From an uncultured Candidatus Saccharibacteria bacterium (GTDB taxonomy: Bacteria; Patescibacteriota; Minisyncoccia; UBA6257; 1-14-0-10-44-23), in assembly GCA_964549935.1 (NCBI GenBank), contig CAZJVT010000003.1, positions 14,634 through 78,633 on the forward strand: a DNA stretch of 64,000 nucleotides. Direction: 5' to 3'. Each line of letters begins with the position of its first letter. The first letter of the stretch is position 1. Below, piece by piece: positions 18,486 to 26,572 of this stretch. The notes below the pieces were generated by a model that worked only from the letters and a program-made list of their open reading frames with translations, was not told where the DNA came from and made no database searches. Both the position numbers and the translations under genes were made by a program.

Positions 18486-19190
18486 ATGGAAGCCGCGGAC
18501 GAGACCAAGCCCCTGCCCTTGCCTTCCGGGGTCATGCTCGGGTGGCGCTCGCCGCCCTACAACAAGGGTGCCGTGCAGGCGAAATCCGTCCGCGGCAACT
18601 GGGAGGTCCGGACGACGTCGAATTCCAGCCAGTCCGTCCTGTGCTTCGACACGAAGGACGCCGACGGCAATCCGACGATGCCGGTCCCGGTCGGGACATT
18701 CGGCAGCATCGTCGAGGGGATGATCGCAGCCCAGTGCATCCATGCGCGGATCGGCCAGGGCAACGGGGTCGACGGACGTCAGGATCTTCGGCGCATGTCG
18801 TGGCTAGGCCATGAGGACACCCTGGTCCGCCAGACCTCGAAGGGCACCTTCATGCTGATCGACGAGGGCTACTCGACCGGGTTGGTCTTCGTCAGGAACC
18901 AGAAGCTCGAGACCCTCGGCTCGCTGCGGTTCCGTAGCCGCGAGTACCGGCTACCCGGGAAAGACGGATCACCTGCCCGGAACGACGAGCTGAAGCTCAT
19001 CGAACTCGCCGCGCTGGTCGAGATCATGGATTTCCGCCTGACCCTCGGCCACGGCCGCGAAGCCTCCAGGCTCTCCGCGGCAGAGTGGGACCAGTGGCTC
19101 GACACCCGCTTCATTCCTGTCGCCTCGGCGGAGTACCGGCCTGACGATGACGGCGCCGGGTGTCGGATGCAGATGGAGATGTCGCCATGA
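18486..19190 (+). CDS. hypothetical protein (234 aa); ends ...QMEMSP
   Basis: ATG lies 2 nt after the upstream TAG. The 3' junction is GGAGATGTCGCCATGA. Confidence 0.45.
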   Translation: MEAADETKPLPLPSGVMLGWRSPPYNKGAVQAKSVRGNWEVRTTSNSSQSVLCFDTKDADGNPTMPVPVGTFGSIVEGMIAAQCIHARIGQGNGVDGRQDLRRMSWLGHEDTLVRQTSKGTFMLIDEGYSTGLVFVRNQKLETLGSLRFRSREYRLPGKDGSPARNDELKLIELAALVEIMDFRLTLGHGREASRLSAAEWDQWLDTRFIPVASAEYRPDDDGAGCRMQMEMSP

Positions 19191-20038
19191 CCTTCCGTAT
19201 CGGCTTCAACGACACCTCGGTCGGCTGGGCTCGCATCATGCTCGATGGCGACGGGCGCTACCTGGTGGCGATCCAGAAGAAGTCGGATCGCCACCAGGAC
19301 GACAACGGCGCGCTCTGGAAAACCTGGTCGCTCGACTGGGTTGTCGATGTCATGGGCCGGCCTATGCCGTCGATGGAGCTCGGCAGGCTGACCAATAAGT
19401 CCCGCGAGGCGATCGCCAACGTCGCCCGGTCGAGGCTCCCGGACATGTTCCTCGACCGCGACGGATACGGCTCGCTCGACGCCTTCTTCCATCCAATCGA
19501 GACGGCACCGCGCTTTCGCCTCGTGTATGGCGAGAAGCGCGACAAGGCCATGGTGGTCTCGATCTCCCAGCACCAGCAGCTCGATCCCGGCCTCGCACGC
19601 GGAACCGTCCATCGGCCACGCTTTGCCATCCTCGACAACAACGGCCATGTGACGCGGAACGGCGACCTCCTGGATCTCGTCGCCGGCCATGTCCTGGAGA
19701 TCGAGCAGCTGGACGACCTGGTCGGCGACCCGTTCTTCCAGGAACACGTCGCCGGCAGGTTCATCAAGCGGCTGCGAGAGATCTACCCGGAGCCGAAGAA
19801 GGAAACGGCCTACGCCGGCAGGATGCTTCCGCCCCAGGTGCCAGTCGAGAAACGCCAGGATCTCAAATGGCTGGACCCTATCATCGCCGAGCAGCGTCGG
19901 ATCCAGGGGCCCGTGGTGATGGGCATGATCGCGGAGGCGGCCAGGCTCGACGAGGGCATGGGATCGTTCGATCGCGACGAGCTCGAGCGCGATGTCGCTG
20001 CGAACCGCGGAAAGGAGCCGGCTCCCGGCCTGGGGTGA
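19187..20038 (+). CDS. hypothetical protein (283 aa)
   Basis: ATGA overlap with the upstream gene. This is the last gene of the five-gene operon. Confidence 0.45.
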   Translation: MTFRIGFNDTSVGWARIMLDGDGRYLVAIQKKSDRHQDDNGALWKTWSLDWVVDVMGRPMPSMELGRLTNKSREAIANVARSRLPDMFLDRDGYGSLDAFFHPIETAPRFRLVYGEKRDKAMVVSISQHQQLDPGLARGTVHRPRFAILDNNGHVTRNGDLLDLVAGHVLEIEQLDDLVGDPFFQEHVAGRFIKRLREIYPEPKKETAYAGRMLPPQVPVEKRQDLKWLDPIIAEQRRIQGPVVMGMIAEAARLDEGMGSFDRDELERDVAANRGKEPAPGLG

Positions 20039-20130
20039 TGGGTGCCGGGAAAACCAGGCATCAAGTTGACTTGAAAGTGGGCACGATCAAATAGTCCGTC
20101 CGGCGGCGATTATCCGGCTTTTCAATAGAA

Positions 20131-20153
20131 TATAATCTTGTATTCTCCTGCCT
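20131..20153 (+). promoter_or_regulatory. recurring motif copy 4: TATAATCTTGTATTCTCCTGCCT
   Basis: Immediately precedes ATG 20154; the real start may be GTG 20172. Confidence 0.45.
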
Positions 20154-21044
20154 ATGCGTTATCAGACCCCCGTGGACGTTGCGCATCTGCGCTTCGACCT
20201 CAACACAGCCGGCCGCGACTTCATCGTCGGCGACATCCACGGCACCTTTTCTGTCCTCGAGGCGGCTCTCGAGGCAGTCAGGTTCAACCGGGCGACCGAC
20301 CGCCTCTTCGCGCTCGGCGATCTCGTCAATGGCGGGCCCCAGTCGACGCGCGTGCTCGAGTTCCTTGGCAAGCCCTGGTTCCACTCGATCCGCGGCGAGA
20401 ACGAGGACATCCTTCTCGGCCTCAAGGAGAACGAGGCAAACGCCGCGACAGCCCTGACTATCTCGTTCTGGCGCCAGCGGAAGGGCATGCAGTGGTGGAG
20501 CGACGTGGTTCCGGATTTCCGCGACGAGTTCATCGACGCCGTCCGGGGCCTTCCGCTGATGATCACGCTCCCAACGAGGTCCGGCACCGTCGGCCTGGTC
20601 CATGGCTCGATCCCGGCAGGAGCTTCATGGACCGACGGCATCAGATGCGCCGAGCAGAAGGTCATGGACCCGTACTACGAGGCCCTCTACGTCCTCTGGA
20701 ACCGGAACCGGGTGGATGCCACGATCCCTGACGAAGATCCCCGCCACCACGTCGCCGGTATCGACAGGATGTTCATCGGCCATACGCCTGTCGAGGCGCC
20801 GAAGGTACTTTCGAACGTCGTCGCTATCGACACCGCATCGTCGCGCGGGGTGACCGAAGGGACGCCGGAACGTGGGTACCTGACGATCGTCGAAGCGACG
20901 GCGTCGCTCAGCAGGATCCGGAACATGGCGATCCCGCCAAAAGGGCAATTCCTGGCGATCGAGAACGACGAACGGGCTACGATGCGCAGAGTTCCGACAC
21001 AGACACAGACACAGACACAGGCGCCGGCAATGGCCGTGGCTTGA
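20154..21044 (+). CDS. PPP-family metallophosphatase, paralog 2 (C-terminal TQTQTQTQ repeat)
   Basis: GDIHG, GDLVNGG and GENED motifs are present. It aligns along its length with the gene at 16330. Confidence 0.7.
   Translation: MRYQTPVDVAHLRFDLNTAGRDFIVGDIHGTFSVLEAALEAVRFNRATDRLFALGDLVNGGPQSTRVLEFLGKPWFHSIRGENEDILLGLKENEANAATALTISFWRQRKGMQWWSDVVPDFRDEFIDAVRGLPLMITLPTRSGTVGLVHGSIPAGASWTDGIRCAEQKVMDPYYEALYVLWNRNRVDATIPDEDPRHHVAGIDRMFIGHTPVEAPKVLSNVVAIDTASSRGVTEGTPERGYLTIVEATASLSRIRNMAIPPKGQFLAIENDERATMRRVPTQTQTQTQAPAMAVA
20996..21019 (+). repeat. hexanucleotide microsatellite (GACACA)x4 inside the CDS
   Basis: gacacagacacagacacagacaca encodes TQTQTQTQ near the C-terminus. Confidence 0.6.
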
Positions 21045-21088
21045 GACGATAGATCCCCTGCCGGCGATGCTGCCAGCCGGCGATCGTC

Positions 21089-21715
21089 CTACAGCTCGAG
21101 GCTGCCTCCATTCCTTCTTGCTGGAACGCCGTAGTTGTCGCCGCCAACCGGAGTCCCGTGCTTATGGCCGTACCCATCATGGGGACCGTCCAGCTTCAGC
21201 GTCGGATCGATCTTCATCCTGGTCCAGGCGTTCAGGTCGACCTCCTCGATCCCGTCCTTGGTGATGGCGAAGGCGCCACCATAGAAAAGGTACCCATCGG
21301 GTCGGTCGTCGATATCCTCGATCGTCGGCGAGCTGGTCCATGAAAAGGCGATCGTGTCGGAACGATCGTGACGGATCATCCACGCCCGGATGACCTTGGC
21401 GGTGATGGAAGGCGACGGTCCGTCGTGGCCATTGCTGTAGTCCAGCGGGCGCAGGAGAAGCTCACCCTCCGCACGACGGACCGGCCAGATGCCGGTGCAA
21501 TAACGCTCGGGGTCCAACCCGACGCGATCGAGAACCTCATGGGCGCTCTCGGGAGCGAGGCAGTATTCGCCCTTCTCGTCGTACATGTCGTTCATGACCA
21601 GGGCAACCAGGTCGTCCAGCTCTTCCTTGCTGCCTCGGATGAGAACGGAAAAGGGACTATGCGTGCTCATCCACCGAGGTCCGTACTCGACATTCCTATC
21701 TGAAGGCTGGTTCAT
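21089..21715 (-). CDS. hypothetical protein (208 aa)
   Basis: Start at M183 of ORF 21089..22261 (MNQPSDRNVEY...). Last gene of the minus operon. Confidence 0.4.
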   Translation of the reverse strand: MNQPSDRNVEYGPRWMSTHSPFSVLIRGSKEELDDLVALVMNDMYDEKGEYCLAPESAHEVLDRVGLDPERYCTGIWPVRRAEGELLLRPLDYSNGHDGPSPSITAKVIRAWMIRHDRSDTIAFSWTSSPTIEDIDDRPDGYLFYGGAFAITKDGIEEVDLNAWTRMKIDPTLKLDGPHDGYGHKHGTPVGGDNYGVPARRNGGSLEL

Positions 21716-21738
21716 GTCGCTGCTCCTGGATCTCGCCT

Positions 21739-22575
21739 CTACACCATGTTCATAGCCGGAACCGGGCAGGCTCCTACCGAAGCTCGCTCCAGCTCGGAGC
21801 CTGCGATGCCTTCGGCAGGGGCCGGGACCATCCTCTCCCTCGAGATCTTCGAGCCCTTCGCCGCGGCCTTGTCGGCGATCTCGTTCAGCGGGTCCCCATT
21901 GTGCCCCTTCACCCAGCTCGCGGTCACGCTCTTGTGCCGACCGAGGGCACGATCGAGCTCCGCCCAGACGTCGAGGTTCGACTTTCGGCGGAATTCGCCG
22001 GTCATCGTCTTCACCAGATACTGGCTGTCCGAGACGAGCTTCACGGTGCAGTCGTCCGGCAGCATCTCGAGGGCATAGACGGCGGCGAGGACCTCGCCCC
22101 GCTGGTTGGTCGAGGTGCCGATCGGTACCGAGAAGACAGGCCGCTCGGAGATCTCGATGAAGCGGCCCGCGCCCTCGTACGAGAAGACGATGCCGCAGCC
22201 AGAGGGGCCTGGGTTCCCCGGCCCGACGGATCCGTCGACATGGATCGTGTAGCCGCCCCACTGGAGCTTGGCGTGACCGGAGATCGCATCGCGAATGGCC
22301 AGGATGTCGTCGGCAAGCTTTGGCGGCGCCGGCGGCTTCGGCTCGGGATGCGTCAGGACCACCGGGCGGTTCCCGGCCGACAGGGCGCGCAACGCAAGCT
22401 CGCCACCGAAGGCGCCGCGGAACGCCTGGCGCACCTGGGGATTGGCGCTGACCGCATGGCCGAGGGCGCGCTCGAGCGTATCGCGGACAATGCCAAGGTC
22501 GCTCGCCGGATCGATCTCCTTGGCGTCGGAGATCCGGCTGCAGACGATGTCGATCAGGCGGTTCGGGGCGATCAT
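21739..22575 (-). CDS. RNase HI-domain protein with about 140-aa N-terminal extension
   Basis: The C-terminal half reads GCGIVF...TNQRGEVLAAVYALE...KLVSDSQYLV...WVKGHNGDPLNEIADKAA, matching the DEDD catalytic pattern of RNase HI. Confidence 0.6.
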   Translation of the reverse strand: MIAPNRLIDIVCSRISDAKEIDPASDLGIVRDTLERALGHAVSANPQVRQAFRGAFGGELALRALSAGNRPVVLTHPEPKPPAPPKLADDILAIRDAISGHAKLQWGGYTIHVDGSVGPGNPGPSGCGIVFSYEGAGRFIEISERPVFSVPIGTSTNQRGEVLAAVYALEMLPDDCTVKLVSDSQYLVKTMTGEFRRKSNLDVWAELDRALGRHKSVTASWVKGHNGDPLNEIADKAAAKGSKISRERMVPAPAEGIAGSELERASVGACPVPAMNMV

Positions 22576-22590
22576 GTCGGTGATCCTCGA

Positions 22591-23259
22591 TTAGAGCGAT
22601 GGGCCGGAAGTACCAGCTGCGCCAGGCTGAGAGTGGTCCGGAAGCCGGTTGCCGAGACGCATCTCCTGCGGCAGCAGGTAGTACAACGAGGGCTCGAGGC
22701 CGACCTGGGCCTCCGGGAAGCTGACCGGCCAGAAGTCGACACTGGCGAGAGTCTTTGCCAGGTCGCTCAATGTCTGCACGCGGTAGCCGGTCGGCGTCAC
22801 CATGACGACGCCGCCCTGCGGACTGCGATCATCGTACTCATCGATGGGTGGTCGACCGGCGAAGGTGAAGACCACCTTGTTGCCCGTTTCCCTCGTGTGT
22901 TTCCACATGACCAGGGAGAGCAGCCTGGCGAGCGCTTCCGCATCGCCACCATCCTCGTGCGAGCCAAGCACGACAACGTCGCACTGGTGCTCTTTCAGAT
23001 GGGAATGGAAGCCGGACACGCCGAAGAATCTGGCATGCTCGAGGAGACCGACGCTTCTCAGCGCCTGCAGATCCCCATCGTATGCCTTCGTCTTGCGGAA
23101 CTCGCGTAGACAGAGCTCATCGTCATGGCCGTGGATTCGGCAGGCCGCTCGCCAGTCGGACAGGATGCGGCCAAGGCGAACCAGCTCAATGCGCGCCTGA
23201 AGGCCCCATCTCAATTCGAAGTCGAAGGTGCAAGCTGCCAGCTGCCGGCGTACGTCCAT
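22591..23259 (-). CDS. hypothetical protein, tandem paralog family 5 (member b)
   Basis: Shares FDFELRWGLQARIELVRLGRILSDWR...LSLVMWKHTRETGNKVVFTFA...GGVVMVTPTGYRVQTL with the gene at 23288. Confidence 0.45.
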   Translation of the reverse strand: MDVRRQLAACTFDFELRWGLQARIELVRLGRILSDWRAACRIHGHDDELCLREFRKTKAYDGDLQALRSVGLLEHARFFGVSGFHSHLKEHQCDVVVLGSHEDGGDAEALARLLSLVMWKHTRETGNKVVFTFAGRPPIDEYDDRSPQGGVVMVTPTGYRVQTLSDLAKTLASVDFWPVSFPEAQVGLEPSLYYLLPQEMRLGNRLPDHSQPGAAGTSGPSL

Positions 23260-23287
23260 GGCTTGGTTCCTTTCCTTCGCGTCCGGA

Positions 23288-24001
23288 TCAGGGTTGCGGA
23301 GCGAGACCGCGGGACTTGGTCAGGCGCCGTTCGGACTCTGCGATCAGCTCATCCGGAAGCCTGTATGAGGCGGCCGGTCGCAGGACGATGGCGGCGTCGT
23401 CATCGAGCCAGAAGTCGTGCTCGCGGATCTGATCGGACAGGTGCTGGAGCGTCTGGATGCGGTAACCGTTGATCGTGATCATCGCGACGCCGCCCTTGGC
23501 GCTTGCATCCTGCACATCGTCGAGGAAATGCCTCTCGGCGAAGGTGAACACCAGCTTGCCGCCGGTCTCCTTCGGGTGCCGGCACATGACCAGCGAAAGC
23601 AGCCGGGCGAGCGACTCGACATCGGGCCCGTAGTCGGCGGAGAGTTCGACCTCGTCGTGCTCTCGCTCCTTCGAGTGCAGGGTGATGACGTCGCCGGATG
23701 CCGCAACCTCCGCCGGCTTCCTGGGGCTCATCTCCTCGAACGTCTTCACGCCGAGGCGAAACCGCGAATAGTCGAAGAGCCCGACGCTCTTCAGAAGCGA
23801 GACATCCTCGTCGGTTACGGTGAGATAGGTGCGGATGTTGCGAAGGGCGTCATCGGGGCCATCGATGCGGCTCCACCGACAGGCATATCGCCAGGACGAG
23901 AGGATCTGACCGAGACGAAGGAGCTCCTCGCGCGCGGCGAGACCCCACTTCACGTCGAAGCAGAAGTGGCCGATGATCGGACGCTGCAAGAGCGACGACA
24001 T
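23288..24001 (-). CDS. hypothetical protein, tandem paralog family 5 (member a)
   Basis: Start at M91 (MSSLLQRP), with a TGATG overlap with the upstream gene. Shares FCFDVKWGLAAREELLRLGQILSSWR...GGVAMITINGYRIQTL with member b. Confidence 0.45.
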   Translation of the reverse strand: MSSLLQRPIIGHFCFDVKWGLAAREELLRLGQILSSWRYACRWSRIDGPDDALRNIRTYLTVTDEDVSLLKSVGLFDYSRFRLGVKTFEEMSPRKPAEVAASGDVITLHSKEREHDEVELSADYGPDVESLARLLSLVMCRHPKETGGKLVFTFAERHFLDDVQDASAKGGVAMITINGYRIQTLQHLSDQIREHDFWLDDDAAIVLRPAASYRLPDELIAESERRLTKSRGLAPQP

Positions 24002-24696
24002 CACGCGAACTCTAGGGATCGAGTCTTCACCGGAGCCTTTCCGGGAAAAGCGTCCGGCACCACGGACTCGTCGAGACCAAGGGCGCGAAAGAGCCCTCGC
24101 ACTGCGATGCCGACATCGGCACCACGCTCGATATCCGCCTTGAGGCCGTTCCACCAGATCGTCTGGTCGTCGATCACCAATCCACGATGTCCCGACTTCA
24201 TGGCGGCGACGAAGGTGAGAAGAACGACGAGCTCCATGCCTTCCTGCATGCCGGCGACGTCCCAGCTCCACCGCATGTGGCCGCCATCAGGAACGCCCCG
24301 GTCCGGGATCTCCACCGTCGACGTGTCGAAGCCGACGCTTCGGACCTGGACACCCGGATGGCACGGGGCGATCTCGATCTCGCAACGCTTGCTGTCGTCG
24401 TCCGGGCGATCGCTCTTGAAGACGATGCGGACGATGCCTTCGCGGCGCGGACGACCCGAGATCTCCCAAGCCTTGGCATTCAGGAACGGCACCCGTGCCT
24501 TCGCCGGATCGATGCCGTCGGCCGGATAAGGCCAGGGATCGCTCTTCACCAGGTTCTTGAAGGTGATGAAGCCGTTCTCCTCAAGGGCCCGGAGCGTGTC
24601 AGGCGTGACCAGGGAGGCATCGCCGTTGCGCCGGTCGGCCACCCACTTGATGGCGTTCAGCTGGGGCTGGGGAAGCTGGATCTGGGGAGTGGACAT
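24001..24696 (-). CDS. hypothetical protein (231 aa)
   Basis: Composition is coding-like and spacing within the operon is tight. Confidence 0.45.
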   Translation of the reverse strand: MSTPQIQLPQPQLNAIKWVADRRNGDASLVTPDTLRALEENGFITFKNLVKSDPWPYPADGIDPAKARVPFLNAKAWEISGRPRREGIVRIVFKSDRPDDDSKRCEIEIAPCHPGVQVRSVGFDTSTVEIPDRGVPDGGHMRWSWDVAGMQEGMELVVLLTFVAAMKSGHRGLVIDDQTIWWNGLKADIERGADVGIAVRGLFRALGLDESVVPDAFPGKAPVKTRSLEFA

Positions 24697-24717
24697 GTTC
24701 GAGATTCCTGCTGGGGA

Positions 24718-25668
24718 TCAGACCAAGGGGCCGGTGTAGATGGATGGGTAATCCGTCGTCGCATCGGGCTGCGTTTCGGCCTTCTTCTCCGCCTCGACGC
24801 GCATTTCGGCGAAGGCGATGACGCGCTCGACCACCTCGAGGCGATCGAGGTTGGCGTGGTAGGCACCAACGCCGGCGACCGAGACCAGCTCCGCATCTGT
24901 CGGCGGAAGGTGGGATTTCATCGCGACCGCGAATTCACGAATCGTCGGCCATACCCTGCCCTCCTCAACGAAGGCAGCGGATACCCTGTCGACGTTGCGG
25001 CCTTCCGTCGCTGCGATCGCCTCGATGTCCCCGTTCATGACAGAGCGGTGCGCGGTGTTGACGAAGCCGATTTCGCCGGCGATGTCGTAGAGCCGCTCGA
25101 CATAGCCCCAGATCGGATGACCGGGGTCGATGTCAGTGCCGATCCGGACCCGCTCGGCCTCGATCCCGATGACATCGGAGATGAGGTCCTCGTACGTCCG
25201 ATGGAGGATCCCACTCTGTCGCACGATCGTCGTGCCGATCACCGGGCCGCTGCTCCAGTCGCCGTCCCAGTTGATGACCAGGGGCTCGCGCCTGTCGGTC
25301 GCGCACATGGCCCCGCGGAAGATCTCGAGCACCGGATCGAAGTTGGCCATGGTGTAGATCTGCTCGGCATCGACCTGGATGACGCGGCCGTCGTCGACGA
25401 TCTTCAGCTTGGGGAAGGCCATGGGCTCGCGCCGAACGCCGAGCTTATCGGAGGCGCCGCCGAGGAGATCGTGGAAGCCGGCGAACTCGAGGCCCGCGCG
25501 CGCCTTGAGCGCGATCTCGTCGCCGCGCTCCAGGTCGCTGCGGAACTTCGTAAGCGTCGTCGTGTACCCGCCACCCGGCTGGGCCGACATCCACAGGCCA
25601 AGCATGCGCATCAGCACGGCACGCTGTTGCGGTGTCCAGTCCAGGTCGAAGGAGAGCGGGCTGAGCAT
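24718..25668 (-). CDS. hypothetical protein, tandem paralog family 6 (member b)
   Basis: Start at M24 avoids a 56-nt overlap with the upstream gene. IDPGHPIWGYVERLYDIAGEIGF aligns with LEPGDKIWGDIGHLCELVGTFE of member a. Confidence 0.45.
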   Translation of the reverse strand: MLSPLSFDLDWTPQQRAVLMRMLGLWMSAQPGGGYTTTLTKFRSDLERGDEIALKARAGLEFAGFHDLLGGASDKLGVRREPMAFPKLKIVDDGRVIQVDAEQIYTMANFDPVLEIFRGAMCATDRREPLVINWDGDWSSGPVIGTTIVRQSGILHRTYEDLISDVIGIEAERVRIGTDIDPGHPIWGYVERLYDIAGEIGFVNTAHRSVMNGDIEAIAATEGRNVDRVSAAFVEEGRVWPTIREFAVAMKSHLPPTDAELVSVAGVGAYHANLDRLEVVERVIAFAEMRVEAEKKAETQPDATTDYPSIYTGPLV

Positions 25669-25681
25669 CGGTTTCGTCCGA

Positions 25682-26563
25682 TCAGTGTGACGGGGATGGC
25701 GAAGAAGGCTTGATGCGGCTTCCGGCATAGGCGGCAACCCGCTGGAACATCTCGGTGCGACGCACCTGGGCCATGGGGTGTTCGGTGCTGCCTTCGTTCG
25801 GCTGCTCCAGAGCGTGCTCGGCGATCGCCTTGACCACCGGCCAGACCCGATCCGGTGAGAGGTTCTTCAGTTGGTCGACGTCGCGGCCGCCGCGCCTCGC
25901 CAGATCCTCGAGATCCATGAACTCGCGCAGCTCGACATCCGGATCCCGGGACTCGAATGTCCCGACGAGCTCGCATAGATGGCCGATGTCGCCCCAGATC
26001 TTGTCGCCGGGCTCGAGATCCTGGCCCATCTGGACGCGCAGTGAGACGCCGGTCGCTTCCGCCTCGAGCCAGTCATGCGTCGTCATCCGGCGGATCTCGG
26101 AGCGGGTGACGAGAGCCGCAGCGCCGCCCGTCTTCGTCTGCCATTCCAGGCGGACCGGCTCTTCGACATCGGTGAGGCGCATCGCCATCTGGATCATCGG
26201 CAGGAGGCCGTCGACGCCATGCGAATGGCCGATGTCCTCGGAGCGGATGGCCAAGACGTCCCGTCCGTCGAGCTTCTCGGTCTCGCACCAGACGCCGATC
26301 GAGGTGCGATAAACCGAGTGTTTCGCCTCGGCGCGGTCGAGAAGCTTCGCGTGACCGAGAGCGAGAAGCCCCTGCTTCGCCAACTTCGCCGAGAGCTGGA
26401 CATCCGGCTTATTGTCGTTGCGGATCTCGGCCTCGAGCTGCTCGATCGCACGCACGGTCTCGGCCGAGGTGTTGCACGCATATTCGTGGAAGCGGATCAT
26501 TCGCTGCAGAACCAGCATCGGGATCGGCTTCCAGGAGAGCGTGAACTTGAATCGCGTTGCCAT
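25682..26563 (-). CDS. hypothetical protein, tandem paralog family 6 (member a); ends ...SSPSPSH
   Basis: Starts 10 nt after the dnaE stop and is the first gene downstream of the polymerase. Confidence 0.45.
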   Translation of the reverse strand: MATRFKFTLSWKPIPMLVLQRMIRFHEYACNTSAETVRAIEQLEAEIRNDNKPDVQLSAKLAKQGLLALGHAKLLDRAEAKHSVYRTSIGVWCETEKLDGRDVLAIRSEDIGHSHGVDGLLPMIQMAMRLTDVEEPVRLEWQTKTGGAAALVTRSEIRRMTTHDWLEAEATGVSLRVQMGQDLEPGDKIWGDIGHLCELVGTFESRDPDVELREFMDLEDLARRGGRDVDQLKNLSPDRVWPVVKAIAEHALEQPNEGSTEHPMAQVRRTEMFQRVAAYAGSRIKPSSPSPSH

Positions 26564-26572
26564 CTATCGCCC

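Noticed and set aside
6155-19190. Shufflon-like site-specific inversion system explaining the repeated junctions
   Set aside because: The repeats are all direct, not inverted, and no Rci-type recombinase is visible in the window. Reported as conserved boundary cassettes instead.
21045-21088. GCCGGC...GCCGGC palindrome between convergent genes as bidirectional terminator
   Set aside because: Short 6-bp arms with no flanking T/A tracts give too weak a signal to call.
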